Source of the DNA: an uncultured Verrucomicrobiae bacterium
GTDB lineage: Bacteria; Verrucomicrobiota; Verrucomicrobiia; Chthoniobacterales; JAFAMB01
DNA: 64,000 bases
Assembly: GCA_963813025.1 (NCBI GenBank)
Contig: CAWEXO010000011.1
Location: 512,001 to 576,000 of the forward strand
Reading direction: 5' to 3'
Shown: positions 20,397 through 31,333 of the stretch, piece after piece
How the letters are laid out: the number at the start of each line of letters is the position of its first letter
How positions within the stretch are numbered: position 1 is the stretch's first letter
The notes under the pieces: generated by a model
What the model was told of the DNA's origin: nothing
Databases searched by the model: none
What the model saw: the letters and a program-made list of their open reading frames with translations, nothing else
Position numbers and translations under genes: made by a program

Positions 20397-21548
20397 ATGA
20401 GAAGATCTTTTCAACTACTGCTCGGTTTCCTCGTGATGTTCCTGGGAGTTTTCCTGGTGGTTGGCGGATTGGGCTACTACAAATTTTCGCAGATTCTGCA
20501 CTACATCAAGCTGGCGCAGATGGGCGCTTTTGCACCGCCTCCGACGTCTGTCACCACGGAAGTGATTGAGGCTTCGGGCTGGCAGCCGACGCGGAACGTC
20601 ATCGGATCGATTGCTGCGATCGAAGGCATCACCGTCAGCACAGATTTGGCCGGAACCGTCGCGAAAATCGCGTTTGAATCTGGCGGCAAGGTCAAGCAAG
20701 GCGATCTTCTGGTTCAACTGGATACCAGCCAGGAGCAGGCCCAATTGGTCCAAGCGTGCGCTACGCGGGACTTGGCGCGACTCAATCGGGATCGCAACAA
20801 GGGACTTCTCGCGTCGCACACCATTGCGCAGGCCGACTTCGATAGTTCGGTGGCCGATCTGCAATCTGATCAGGGCGCGGTAGACGCGATCGCTGCGACG
20901 ATTGCCAAAAAAACGGTGCGCGCGCCTTTCGACGGTGTTGTCGGCATTCGCCAGATCAACCTCGGCCAGTACCTCACTCCCGGTCAGGCGATGGTGTCGC
21001 TGCAGGCGTTCGATCCGATCTATGTGAATTTTTTTCTGCCTCAACAGGATTTAGGCAAAATGACTGTTGGGCAGACGATCGAAATTTGGGTGGATACGTA
21101 TCCTAACGAACGATTCCATGGGAAAATTACCGCGCTGAACTCTTTGGTTGACCCCACGTCGCGCAATCTGCAGGTGCAAGCTACGGTGCGAAATCCGGAC
21201 GAGAAACTGCGGCCGGGGATGTTCGCTCACGTGAGCATTGCGCTGGGCGAGGACGAACATGTTGTCGCGATTCCGACTTCTTCCATTAGTTTTGGTCCGG
21301 ACGGCGACGGGGTTTATGTCGTCACCGAGATCACTGGCAAAGACGGCAAGAAAGTGAAGGCGGTCCGTCTGCAACCAGTGCAACTCGGACAGTCCCGCGG
21401 TGACCTGACCGCCGTGACACAGGGCGTCAAGCCGGGAGACGAGATCGTGACTTCCGGGGTATTTCGTTTACGGGATCGGGCACCGATAACGGTTAATAAC
21501 GCGGTTAGACCGCAGAGCGAGCTGGCTCCCAGGTCGACGAACAGTTAA
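20397..21548 (+). CDS. RND efflux periplasmic adaptor (MFP) 2
   Basis: VRAPFDGVVG and LRPGMF; paralogue of the preceding gene. Confidence 0.92.
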   Translation: MRRSFQLLLGFLVMFLGVFLVVGGLGYYKFSQILHYIKLAQMGAFAPPPTSVTTEVIEASGWQPTRNVIGSIAAIEGITVSTDLAGTVAKIAFESGGKVKQGDLLVQLDTSQEQAQLVQACATRDLARLNRDRNKGLLASHTIAQADFDSSVADLQSDQGAVDAIAATIAKKTVRAPFDGVVGIRQINLGQYLTPGQAMVSLQAFDPIYVNFFLPQQDLGKMTVGQTIEIWVDTYPNERFHGKITALNSLVDPTSRNLQVQATVRNPDEKLRPGMFAHVSIALGEDEHVVAIPTSSISFGPDGDGVYVVTEITGKDGKKVKAVRLQPVQLGQSRGDLTAVTQGVKPGDEIVTSGVFRLRDRAPITVNNAVRPQSELAPRSTNS

Positions 21549-21561
21549 GAGATCATTGCCT

Positions 21562-24500
21562 ATGCGTTTCACCGATTTGTTTATTCGCCGGCCGGTTGTC
21601 GCGACGGTAGTTAATCTGATCATTCTGATCGCGGGCTACCAGGCGTGGCGGAATCTCAGTGTGCGGCAATACCCGCGCAGCGACATTTCCGTGATCACGG
21701 TCACAACTGTCTATGTTGGAGCCGACGCGGACCTGGTGCAAGGGTTCGTCACGACACCGTTGGAACAGGCGATCGCTGCCGTTGAAGGAGTTGATTACAT
21801 GGAGTCGCAAAGCGCTCCGGGCCAAAGCACGATCTCGATTCAGCTCAAGATTAACTATGATCCGTTTAAGGCGCTGACCCAGGTCCAGGCGAAGGTTAAC
21901 CAGGTGCGGAACGATCTGCCGCCAGAGGCAGAATTACCGATGATCGATATCACCTCGACCGACAACCAGTTCGCGCAAATGTATCTGAGTTTTTATTCGA
22001 ACGATCTCGATCGAAACCAGATCAGCGATTATCTCGCTCGAGTCATCCAACCAAAGTTATCTGCCATCAACGGCGTGCAGCAAGCCGAGATTCTTGGGGA
22101 GCGCAAATTTGCGATGCGCATCTGGCTAAAAGCAGACCGCATGGCTGCCTTGGGAGTATCGGCAACCGATGTGCAGCAGAAGCTTTCGCAGAACAACTAT
22201 CTCTCAGCCCTCGGTTCGACCAAGGGAGCAATGGTGGCAGTTAATCTGAAGGCGAACACTGATTTACGGAGTGCTGACGAGTTCAAACAGTTAGTAATTA
22301 AGGAGAGCACTGGGGCAATTATCCGGTTGCGAGACATTGCCGACGTCGAACTCGGCGCGGAGGACTACAATTCCGATGTCCGGTTCTCCGGCAGCACAGC
22401 TACCTTCATGGGCATTTTTGTTTTGCCGACGGCCAATAGTCTGGAGGTCATCAAGAATGTGCGAGCGGCCTTGCCGGAGCTCGCCCGGCAGTTGCCGGTG
22501 GGCATGAAGTTAGACGTTCCCTATGACTCGACCAAGTACATCGATAATGCCATTCGCGAAGTCACCAAGACGCTGACCGAAACGATCGGCATCGTCATTG
22601 TCGTGATTTTCCTTTTCATGGGTTCGTTTCGGAGCGTGCTCATCCCAGTGGTGGCGATTCCGCTCTCTTTGATTGGCGCGCTTTTTCTCATGTTAGCCTT
22701 CGGGTTTACCCTGAACCTGTTGACCTTGTTAGCAATCGTGCTCGCGGTAGGACTAGTGGTCGACGATGCGATTGTCGTGGTGGAGAACGTCGAACGGCAT
22801 ATCGGGGAAGGCTTAAGTCCGATGGACGCGGCGCTGAAGGGTGCGCGAGAACTCTTCGGACCCATCGTCGCCATGACGATCACGTTGGCGACGGTGTATG
22901 CGCCGATCGGAATTCAGGGCGGACTGACCGGAGCATTATTCCGCGAATTTGCCTTCACGCTTGCCGGCGCAGTGGTAGTATCCGGATTCGTCGCCCTGAC
23001 TTTATCGCCGATGATGTCTTCCCGGCTTTTGCGGGCGGGGATGAACGAGCATGGGATGGCCGGCTTCGTAAGCGGGACCTTTGATCGTTTTCGCAATCTT
23101 TACGTTCGGCTGCTTCGGTTTATTCTGAACTTTCGGCCGGTTGTCTACACCCTGTGGGTAATCGTCGTTTTACTGATGGTTCCCTTCTATATGTTTTCCG
23201 GGAAGGAAGCCGCTCCGAAGGAAGATCAGGGGGTCATTTTTGGTATCGTGCAAACGGCGCCCAACTCAACCCTCGATCAGAATCTTCTGTTCACCCACCA
23301 GGTGAACTCGGTTTTCCAAAGCTTTCCTGAAACCGCGCAGACTTTCCAGATCACCTTTCCGGACCGAGGCTTTTCGGGGATGGTGGCAAAACCGTGGGAG
23401 GAACGCCAGCGGACGATGGAACAGGTGTTGATCGATGTCGACAAGAAACTGGCCTTGATCCCCGGAATTCGGGTAATCGGGGCAACGCCATCGCCTTTGC
23501 CCGGCGGCACGAATTTCCCGGTGGAGTTTGTCATTGCTTCCACCGTGCAACCGCGCGAGCTGCTCGATTTTTCCCGGAAACTTGTCGGAGCGGCGATGAG
23601 CAGCGGCAAATTCTTCTTCGCCGACAGCGATCTGAAGTATGATCAACCGCAATCTACCGTTGTCTTTGACCGGGACAAGGTAGGGTCCATGGGCCTGAAT
23701 CTCCAGAACGTCGGCGGCGACCTCGCCTGGCTTTACGGAGGTAATTATGTTAACCGGTTTAGTATTCAGGGGCGTAGTTACAAAGTTATTCCCCAGATCC
23801 AGCGAGTAGAGCGACTTACTGCGGACCAGCTGCAGAACGTCTATGTCAGCGGTCCGAATGGTCAACTGGTGCAATTATCAACCTTTGCGACGATCAAGAA
23901 CGACGTCCAGCCGCGCTCTCTCAATCGGTTCAACCAGTTGAATTCGGTGAAAATCCAAGGAGTGATCCCTCCCAGCGTGACCGTTGATCAAGCGCTGAAA
24001 GTGCTGGAGGATGAAGCCGCGAAGATTCTGCCCAACGGTTACACCATCGACTATACGGGCGAATCGCGTCAACTGCGGAAGGAAGGTAACGCCTTCATGA
24101 CCACCTTCGTGCTCGCGGTCATTTTGATCTACCTGGTGTTAGCCGCGCAATTCGAAAGCTTCCGCGATCCGTTCATTATTCTCGCCGGTTCCGTGCCCTT
24201 GGCATTATCCGGAGCCTTGACCTTTAGCTTTCTCGGACTAACCACGATCAATGTTTACAGTCAGGTGGGTCTGATTACCCTGGTCGGGTTAATCGCCAAG
24301 AACGGAATATTAATCGTGGAGTTTGCTAACCGCCTGCAGGAAGAAGGACGGGACAAACTGCGCGCGATTATCGATGCCGCCGGGACACGCTTGCGGCCGG
24401 TGCTTATGACGACGGTGGCAACCGTGATGGGCCATCTGCCGCTGGTCTTTGCCCGCGGACCCGGAGCGGGGGCGCGAAACAGCATCGGCATCATGCTGGT

Positions 24501-24648
24501 CTCCGGAATGATTATCGGCACGAGTTTTACCTTATTCGTGGTACCCTCTATCTACATGTTGATCGCCAAGGATCACCGCAAAGACAAGCTGCGGCGAGGG
24601 GAGGGGGCGCTCGAATCGCCGGAAAAATTGGAACCAGCGCTTGCCTAA
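21562..24648 (+). CDS. RND efflux permease (AcrB/MexW-like)
   Basis: FTDLFIRRPV, GLVVDDAIVVVENVERH, KNGILIVEFA, RLRPVLMTT. Confidence 0.95.
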   Translation: MRFTDLFIRRPVVATVVNLIILIAGYQAWRNLSVRQYPRSDISVITVTTVYVGADADLVQGFVTTPLEQAIAAVEGVDYMESQSAPGQSTISIQLKINYDPFKALTQVQAKVNQVRNDLPPEAELPMIDITSTDNQFAQMYLSFYSNDLDRNQISDYLARVIQPKLSAINGVQQAEILGERKFAMRIWLKADRMAALGVSATDVQQKLSQNNYLSALGSTKGAMVAVNLKANTDLRSADEFKQLVIKESTGAIIRLRDIADVELGAEDYNSDVRFSGSTATFMGIFVLPTANSLEVIKNVRAALPELARQLPVGMKLDVPYDSTKYIDNAIREVTKTLTETIGIVIVVIFLFMGSFRSVLIPVVAIPLSLIGALFLMLAFGFTLNLLTLLAIVLAVGLVVDDAIVVVENVERHIGEGLSPMDAALKGARELFGPIVAMTITLATVYAPIGIQGGLTGALFREFAFTLAGAVVVSGFVALTLSPMMSSRLLRAGMNEHGMAGFVSGTFDRFRNLYVRLLRFILNFRPVVYTLWVIVVLLMVPFYMFSGKEAAPKEDQGVIFGIVQTAPNSTLDQNLLFTHQVNSVFQSFPETAQTFQITFPDRGFSGMVAKPWEERQRTMEQVLIDVDKKLALIPGIRVIGATPSPLPGGTNFPVEFVIASTVQPRELLDFSRKLVGAAMSSGKFFFADSDLKYDQPQSTVVFDRDKVGSMGLNLQNVGGDLAWLYGGNYVNRFSIQGRSYKVIPQIQRVERLTADQLQNVYVSGPNGQLVQLSTFATIKNDVQPRSLNRFNQLNSVKIQGVIPPSVTVDQALKVLEDEAAKILPNGYTIDYTGESRQLRKEGNAFMTTFVLAVILIYLVLAAQFESFRDPFIILAGSVPLALSGALTFSFLGLTTINVYSQVGLITLVGLIAKNGILIVEFANRLQEEGRDKLRAIIDAAGTRLRPVLMTTVATVMGHLPLVFARGPGAGARNSIGIMLVSGMIIGTSFTLFVVPSIYMLIAKDHRKDKLRRGEGALESPEKLEPALA

Positions 24649-24838
24649 ATCCCGCGAAAGCGGGATAACAGGAGCCGATCGCGAACCGGCTCACTCTTTG
24701 CGGAGATCGTGGAAAGACGTTTCAATGAAGGGCTACGCCTTAACCGCGCCGTGCAAGCGGACCGCCGCGATCGATAAACAGGGCGGCCGAACTTGGGTTC
24801 GGCCGCTCTTGGGCGAACTCGTTTTTAGTGAAGCGGAG

Positions 24839-26000
24839 CTAGTCACCTGTCCGTTAAATAACATATATTATCCGTCAGTCGCGACTGCCCAGGCTTTATT
24901 GATCTTACGGAGCACTTCTGCGCCGTCCGCTCGCCACACGTAGCGTTTGGCCCTTAGATTATGTTGGGCAAGGTAAGCGTCGATCGCCTCGATCAGGACC
25001 CGAACGTTCTCAAAGCTTCCTCCTACAATAGCTTGCTGCGTAAGGTCCCCGGAAAAAACGCTCGACCAAGTTGAGCCAAGAAGCGCTGGTTGGAGTAAAA
25101 TGCAGGTGAAAGCGTCGATGGCGTGCCAGCCAGGCTTTCACCTTGGGATGCTTGTGGGCGGAGTAGTTATCGACAAGGAGATGTAACCCAACCTGGGGCG
25201 GAGTCTGCTCATCGATGTGTTTAAGAAAGCGCAACCACTCTCGATGAGTGTGACGCCGATCGGTGCGCGCGATGATCTTGCCTTGGAGATAATCGAGAGC
25301 TGCAAACAGCGTGACGGTACCGTGGCGGTAATAGTCATGGGTCCGAGTCTGGATGTGACCGGCTCCCAGCGGCAGACCAGGCTGAGAACGGCTCAGGGCC
25401 TGAATCTGACTCTTCTCATCGCAGCACAGCACCAGCGCCTGCTCGGGTGGATTGAGATAGAGTCCCACGATATCCCAGAATTTGGTCTCGAATTCCGGAT
25501 CGCTGGAGAGCTTGAAAGTCCGGCTCAGATGAGGCTTGAGATCGTTGCTCGCCCACAGCTTGTGCACCGTCGACTTACTAGAGGCCCGATTCGCGCGCCA
25601 TCGTGCGGCAACTCCAGCGCCGCAGATGAGCCGGGGGTTGCACTACTCGGCTCAAGACGGCCTGAACCTGTTCTGGCGCCAAGGTGCTCGCGCGCCCTCG
25701 TCCAGGCGCATCATCCAGTCCGGCTATCCGCTCCAGGCTAAAGCGCTCACGCCACTTGCCCACGGCCAGCCGGCTCATCTTTAATCGGTGAGCGATCTGT
25801 TGATTCTCTAAGCCTTCGCTCGCCAACAAAATCATTTTGGCTCGCTGCCGATCCCGATAAGGCCCACTACGCGCACGCTCGCGCCGCTCCAACCCCATTC
25901 TTTCTGGCTCAGTAAGTTCGATCCGCGAAGCGACTCTCGACATGCGGCCAAGTTAAAACATTTTTTGGCATTATATGCGACCTTATTTCGAGGACACTAG
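24839..26000 (-). mobile_element. IS630-family insertion sequence; transposase 24868-25943 with two frameshifts
   Basis: N-terminal HTH and DDE motifs DEKSQIQAL, THDYYRHGT, DNYSAHK, SWLNLVERFF; CTAG at both ends; imperfect TIRs (tgtcc...aaataa). Confidence 0.9.
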
Positions 26001-26002
26001 TA

Positions 26003-26103
26003 CTAGTGTAGCGTCTCTTAAATAATGGTGAGTCATTTTTGGAGGATTCCCCAGAAGCGGAACAGATAAAAGTGTCACTATGATTTCAGAGACACATGAC
26101 TAG
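26003..26103. mobile_element. ~100-bp MITE-like element (IS630-type ends)
   Basis: Left end ctagtgtagcgtctcttaaataatggtga versus reverse complement of the right end ctagtcatgtgtctctgaaatcatagtga; CTAG at both ends; no ORF. Confidence 0.65.
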
Positions 26104-26187
26104 ACTAGGTACTGCGAGGCTTAGAGCTTGTGAACCGTCCAATTATCTTCTTCCGCTGAAACTGCTCCCGCCGCTTTGCTAAATGAG

Positions 26188-27240
26188 TCAGGTCTTTGGA
26201 GCTACATCCTCCCGATAGGGCGGGAGCGGCAAGACGACATTCGTACTCAGCGGCCGAATACGTTCGACGATCTGGTCACTTAAGGTGTGGCCCGTCTGGT
26301 ACGCGGTCTGGAGCACGTCCAGCTTGGCGTCAAGGTTGTCGATAAAATGGAGAGCAAACGCCTCGGGCGTTTTGGGCTCAACCGGAGAACCGAACTCTTT
26401 TGCGCCATGATGAGCGGCTACCAGGTGCAGAAGGTGCAATCGGACAGCTTCCGCCTCCGGGGCTCCGGCCAGTTGGAACTCGGGCGTTTCTCGTAATTGG
26501 GTCCAAAGCCGATTGGTCAACTCGATACCGATCGGGATGTGTCCAAGCAATTCACCGCGGGCATCGAAGGGCATCGCCAGAGAGTCTTTGCTATAGCAGT
26601 TCTCCCACATTTTACCGGCATCATGGAGCAAGACCCCGACCAGCAAAAGATCGCGGTTCAGCGCCGGATAAACATCGGTGAGTGCGTCCATCGCCCGAAA
26701 CATCTGAGCCACGTGTTCAACCAGCCCGCCGCGCCGGGCATGATGATAATACCGCGCACCGCCAGTGCGCTTGAGCCGGTCACCGTACTCCTCCAGGAAA
26801 CGGCAGCCAAGCGCCTTAAGGCGGGGATCTTTGACGGTGGCGAGGCGGGATTGGATATACGCGTAATCTTCCGTCTGTTTTTCTCTGAGCTCCGGCGGAC
26901 CGGCAACCAGCACAGCGGTTTCTTCGGGGCTCAGAAAACGGATTGTCCAGTTCCTGGCTTCGCAGCCGAAGGGAGGGTTGGGGCTGAAATCCGCAGTGAG
27001 CGCGATCAGATCGCCCACCCGCAACTCCGAGCAAAACATATATAGCGGGTGATCGTTCCATACGCGTAAAAGGAAACTGCCGGACAGATCGCGCATCGAA
27101 AGGCCGAGGTAACGCTTTTGCTCACGCGTCATTTTGACGGCCAATTCCGAGATCTGACCGTGGATTACCGCCAAGGTAGTCGCCTTGGCCGCCCGTCGAT
27201 TCAGCTCCTCAATACTTAAATTATCTTGTGACGGCTCCAT
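26188..27240 (-). CDS. yhaM: OB-fold plus HD domain 3'-5' exoribonuclease (YhaM/Cbf1-like)
   Basis: HHARRGGLVEH, LLHDAGK, HHG...GSPVEPKTPEA...DNLDAK. Confidence 0.85.
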   Translation of the reverse strand: MEPSQDNLSIEELNRRAAKATTLAVIHGQISELAVKMTREQKRYLGLSMRDLSGSFLLRVWNDHPLYMFCSELRVGDLIALTADFSPNPPFGCEARNWTIRFLSPEETAVLVAGPPELREKQTEDYAYIQSRLATVKDPRLKALGCRFLEEYGDRLKRTGGARYYHHARRGGLVEHVAQMFRAMDALTDVYPALNRDLLLVGVLLHDAGKMWENCYSKDSLAMPFDARGELLGHIPIGIELTNRLWTQLRETPEFQLAGAPEAEAVRLHLLHLVAAHHGAKEFGSPVEPKTPEAFALHFIDNLDAKLDVLQTAYQTGHTLSDQIVERIRPLSTNVVLPLPPYREDVAPKT

Positions 27241-27308
27241 GAATTAAGCGCGATTTTCAAAAATCGTTTGAGATTTCAGGCAGCGCTTCAACTTAAAGGA
27301 TAAACGCT

Positions 27309-28391
27309 ATGGAAAATATAAATGTCGGAGTCGTTGGTCTTGGTTGGCCTGGAGAACGCCACGCGGAGGGGATTATCGGGTGCGGCCTCGGATGCCTTTG
27401 GGCAGCTTGCGATCTCAATGAACATCGAAGACAACAGTATACGGCAAAATACCATCCCCGGAAAGTGTTCGCGCAGTATGAGAAGATGTTAAACGATCCG
27501 GAGTTGCAGGTGGTGGTAGTCAGCCTGCCGAACGCGTTACATTTTCCGGCGTCGTTGAAGGCGCTGGAGGCGGGCAAACACGTTCTCTGTGAAAAGCCGC
27601 CCACCCTGAACGCTGAGCAAATGCGGCGGCTCCATGATGAATCGATTAAGCGCGGGCTGATTTACGCATTCGGCCGCCAAATGCGCTTCTCCGGAGCGAT
27701 CCAGGCGGCACGCAAAGCCATCGCGGAGCGGCGCCTCGGGGAAATTTACTACGCGAAGACAATGTGGGTGCGAGCCCGGGGCACTCCGGGCGGCATCGAC
27801 GGCTGGTTTACCGACCGATCGCGCGCGGGCGGAGGGGCCCTGATCGATCTCGGCGTCCATGCCATTGACGCTGCGTGGTATCTCATGGGGACCCCGAAAC
27901 CGCGCTCCGTCTCTGCCCAGACTTTTCAAAAGTTTCCTCAGCTGGCCAAGTCGCCTGTCTTCGACGTGGAAGATAGCGGCTACGGAATGATTCGCTTTGA
28001 GAACGGGGCCGTCGTGTTGTTTGAGGTTTCCTGGGCCGCGAACCTGACGGACGATCTGCCGCTCGGTAAGTACACTCGTGAACTTTTTCAGACCGTTGTT
28101 TACGGTCCGAAAGCCGCGATCCGCGTGACGGATGTCTTTCAACTCGGTCCCAAAGAAAAGCGGCCCGCACTTTCCATGTTTGAAGACCAAGGTAGCGGTG
28201 ACCCGGTTGCTTTGGACTTGCCTTTCGAACCGGTGAAAAATGAGTTCATTCCCCAAATGCGTAACTTCCTTCGCGCGATCCAAGGCGAGGAACCGCCGAT
28301 CAATAGCTCGCTGCAAGCCGTCCAGCTAATGGAAATGCTGGACGCGATCTATCATTCCAGCCTGACCGGCCGGGAAGTCGTGTTCGCGTAA
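27309..28391 (+). CDS. Gfo/Idh/MocA family oxidoreductase
   Basis: GLGWPG, KHVLCEKP, GGGALIDLGVH. Confidence 0.92.
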   Translation: MENINVGVVGLGWPGERHAEGIIGCGLGCLWAACDLNEHRRQQYTAKYHPRKVFAQYEKMLNDPELQVVVVSLPNALHFPASLKALEAGKHVLCEKPPTLNAEQMRRLHDESIKRGLIYAFGRQMRFSGAIQAARKAIAERRLGEIYYAKTMWVRARGTPGGIDGWFTDRSRAGGGALIDLGVHAIDAAWYLMGTPKPRSVSAQTFQKFPQLAKSPVFDVEDSGYGMIRFENGAVVLFEVSWAANLTDDLPLGKYTRELFQTVVYGPKAAIRVTDVFQLGPKEKRPALSMFEDQGSGDPVALDLPFEPVKNEFIPQMRNFLRAIQGEEPPINSSLQAVQLMEMLDAIYHSSLTGREVVFA

Positions 28392-28671
28392 GGCGCCCGT
28401 TGCCTCTTATGTAGTGCGGAACTTGTCGCACCGTAGTCCTCGAAACGGTGACGAAGTCAGACGGCCGCGGTCCGCAATCTGGCGGCGAACGGCGCGCCGT
28501 GCGATCCCCACCACGTAAAAGCTGATCTTTGTTGCGGTCTGGGAAGAACCGGAGAAGTGCGCCAGCGCCGGAGCGAGCAAAGTCCGACAGACTTCGGGGC
28601 CGTCCGCGCTAACTGAGCGGTGTACCAAAGTTAATCTGTGCTAATCTGAGAAATCTGTGGTTTTATTTCTC

Positions 28672-29154
28672 ATGAAACGTTGGTGCCTGTTGGCTTTGGC
28701 GCTTGCTTTCCTGGTTGTTCCTGCGCTTGCTGGAGTTGCCTCCGTAGTGCCGGTTTCGCCGGGTGATCCGGAATTAGTTCAGCTCGGACCGGGGCGCAGT
28801 TTCGTGCGGGTACCGAGCGACTCGAGAAAGCTCTGGACTCTCGGATTTGGGCGCGCACCGTTCGAGGACCCGAGCCCGTTCAACCGCGGGTATGGGAACG
28901 ATGTGATCGCGATCCCGTTTGACCGAAGCGGCCGGGTCGCTTTCGTGCCCACCTACATTTTTACCATTATTCCAGACTACGGAGTTGAACACCGCTTCAA
29001 CTTTTTGGTGCAAGGCCGGACAACCAAGCAGGATGTCCTCGCGCTCTTCGGGCGGGTGCGGCAACCGTCTACCGTAAACGGGTATGAGGTTTGGTACTAC
29101 GAGATTCCGGTCTGGAACCCGTTTGAGGAATGGCCCTTCCCAGGGAACCGCTAA
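28672..29154 (+). CDS. Hypothetical exported protein
   Basis: Signal peptide MKRWCLLALALAFLVVPALA; C-terminal GRTTKQDVLALFG...EVWYY is reminiscent of SmpA/BamE-like folds. Confidence 0.6.
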   Translation: MKRWCLLALALAFLVVPALAGVASVVPVSPGDPELVQLGPGRSFVRVPSDSRKLWTLGFGRAPFEDPSPFNRGYGNDVIAIPFDRSGRVAFVPTYIFTIIPDYGVEHRFNFLVQGRTTKQDVLALFGRVRQPSTVNGYEVWYYEIPVWNPFEEWPFPGNR

Positions 29155-29164
29155 GAAACTCGCT

Positions 29165-31333
29165 TCAGCGGCTGTTGGCTGAAAAACTGATCGGCTGGGC
29201 CGAGCTGAGTTCCGCCAGGCCAAATGCGTAGATGAAAGCCACTTCCTTGAGCTGATCGTATCGACCGGAAGAGCCACCGTGGCCGGCCGCAAGGTTGACG
29301 CGCAGGAGCACAGGATTCTTGTCGGTCTTGAGGCGACGGATCTTTGCTGCGTACTTTGCCGGTTCCCAATAAGGCACCTGACTGTCGTTGAGTGACGTCA
29401 GGATCAACAGGGTCGGGTACGCTTTCGCAGTAAGATTGTCATAGGGACTATAGCTTTTAATGTACCGGTATTCATCCGGATGGTTTGGGTTACCCCACTC
29501 GATGTATTCGCCTGTGGTCAACGGCAGAGTTGGGTCGCTCATCGTGTTGAGGACGTCGACGAACGGAACGTCTAAAACAGCCGCCCTGCAGAGATCCGGC
29601 CGCAGGTTCAACGTCGCGCCAATCAGGAGGCCCCCGGCACTACCTCCTTCTATGAGCATCCGGTCGTGTGTGGTGAAATGATGAGAGACAAGGTAATCCG
29701 CGCAGGCGATAAAGTCGGTAAACGTGTTTTTCTTTGTCATCATCCGTCCGGCATCGTGCCAGGTTTCCCCGAGTTCGCCGCCACCGCGGACGTGGGCGAT
29801 GGCATAGATGACTCCGCGGTCGAGCAAAGAGACCCGGCTGCTCGAGAACGACGGGTCGATTGGAATGCCGTACGAACCGTACCCGTAGAGCCAGAGAGGT
29901 GCCCGGCCGTCGAGGGCGACATCCTTGCGGCGGACGATGTCCAGCGGAACTTGCGTTCCGTCCGCTGCCGTAGCGTTAACTCGATCGACTCGGTAGCGCG
30001 AGGGGTCGTAACCGCCGAGAACCGACCGTTGTTTCACCAAGGTCTGTTCCCCCGTCGCAAAGCGATATTCGAAAATGCTCGGCGGCGTCACCGGTGACTC
30101 GTAGGTGAAACGGAATCCGTCTCCGTTGAACTCCGGGTTGTCCGCTAGCCCGGCGTCGTAAGCCGCCTCTGGCAGCGGCACCGGCCGCGACTCTTTTGTC
30201 GAAAAATCCAAAACACGAAATCGGGGCAAACCTTCCGCGCGTTCGACGATCACGGCGTGAGTAGCAAAAGGTGCGAAATCCTCGATTTTCATCTGGTCAC
30301 TGCCCGGAAGATAACCCTGCCAGTGCTCCACCCCGGGGTTATCAACCGGCGCCGTGACAACCCGGAATTCTTTCCCGCCATCGTTGGTCCGGATATAAAA
30401 CAATCCGTTACGATGTTCGGGAAAATATTTGATCTCTTCGCGTCGGTGGGCAATGAGGCGCCATTCACCAGTGGGCTGGTCGGCGGGCAGGAATCGGAAT
30501 TCCGTTGTCCGGCTGCTGGCGCTGCCAACGAAGAGGTACTTGCCGTCGCGAGACCGATCGATGTCGAGTTCGTACAACTCATCCTTTTCTTCGTAAAGGA
30601 GAACCGGTTCCTTGTCGCCCAGAGTATAGCGCCAGAGCCGGTTTGAGCGTTTGGCTTCATCTTCGGTGATGAAGAAAAGCGTCCGATTGTCGGCGGCCCA
30701 AGCGATGTCGGAGACCTTGCCAATCGGAGTTTTGAGTTCCGCGCCGGTGCTCAGGTTCTTAAGATGAAAATCGTAGTCGCGATACCCGCTGCTGTCCGTG
30801 GAGTACGCCAGGAGGGAGTTGTCGTCACTATATTCAAAGACTCCGAGAGCCATGAACGGATGGCCTTCGGCCAACTGATTGACGTCGAGCACGACCTGTT
30901 CCGACGCTTCCAAACTCCCCTTCTTGCGGCAAAGAATCGGATACTGCTTGCCTTCCTCGGTCCTTTCATAGAGCCAGTAACCCCGCTGAAGATAAGGCGC
31001 GGAGACGTCGGTCTGCTGGATCCGGTCGATCATTTCCCGGTAGAGCGCGTTTTCAAAGCCTTTGAGCGGAGCCGTGACAGCGGCGGTATACGCATTCTCG
31101 GCTTTCAGGTTCGCCAGGACCGCCGGGTCGCTCTTTTCCCGCAGCCAGAAGTAGGGGTCATCGATCCGGTCTCCATGCAAGCCGACGATCTTGGACTTTT
31201 GCTCGGTTTCCGGTGGTCTGCCCGCCTGCGGATCAAGCGCCGGTGGCGCGGCAAAGGCAAGGGCAGCGACGATGAGAGGAATCGTCGGGACCATGATCAG
31301 GAGAGCAGAGCGCCAAAAAACGCGTTGTTTCAT
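29165..31333 (-). CDS. ptrB: Oligopeptidase B (S9A)
   Basis: DDPYFWLR, YGYGSYG, GGSAGGLL catalytic Ser, DSQV and GHGG. Confidence 0.93.
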   Translation of the reverse strand: MKQRVFWRSALLIMVPTIPLIVAALAFAAPPALDPQAGRPPETEQKSKIVGLHGDRIDDPYFWLREKSDPAVLANLKAENAYTAAVTAPLKGFENALYREMIDRIQQTDVSAPYLQRGYWLYERTEEGKQYPILCRKKGSLEASEQVVLDVNQLAEGHPFMALGVFEYSDDNSLLAYSTDSSGYRDYDFHLKNLSTGAELKTPIGKVSDIAWAADNRTLFFITEDEAKRSNRLWRYTLGDKEPVLLYEEKDELYELDIDRSRDGKYLFVGSASSRTTEFRFLPADQPTGEWRLIAHRREEIKYFPEHRNGLFYIRTNDGGKEFRVVTAPVDNPGVEHWQGYLPGSDQMKIEDFAPFATHAVIVERAEGLPRFRVLDFSTKESRPVPLPEAAYDAGLADNPEFNGDGFRFTYESPVTPPSIFEYRFATGEQTLVKQRSVLGGYDPSRYRVDRVNATAADGTQVPLDIVRRKDVALDGRAPLWLYGYGSYGIPIDPSFSSSRVSLLDRGVIYAIAHVRGGGELGETWHDAGRMMTKKNTFTDFIACADYLVSHHFTTHDRMLIEGGSAGGLLIGATLNLRPDLCRAAVLDVPFVDVLNTMSDPTLPLTTGEYIEWGNPNHPDEYRYIKSYSPYDNLTAKAYPTLLILTSLNDSQVPYWEPAKYAAKIRRLKTDKNPVLLRVNLAAGHGGSSGRYDQLKEVAFIYAFGLAELSSAQPISFSANSR

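Noticed and set aside
25570..25585. Programmed -1 frameshift in the IS630 transposase
   Set aside because: No slippery run at the junction; a single extra base explains it, as at other sites in the window.
28409..28515. GTAG-type REP pair
   Set aside because: Only a weak single hairpin (gtagtgcggaacttgtcgcac), with no second copy found in the window.
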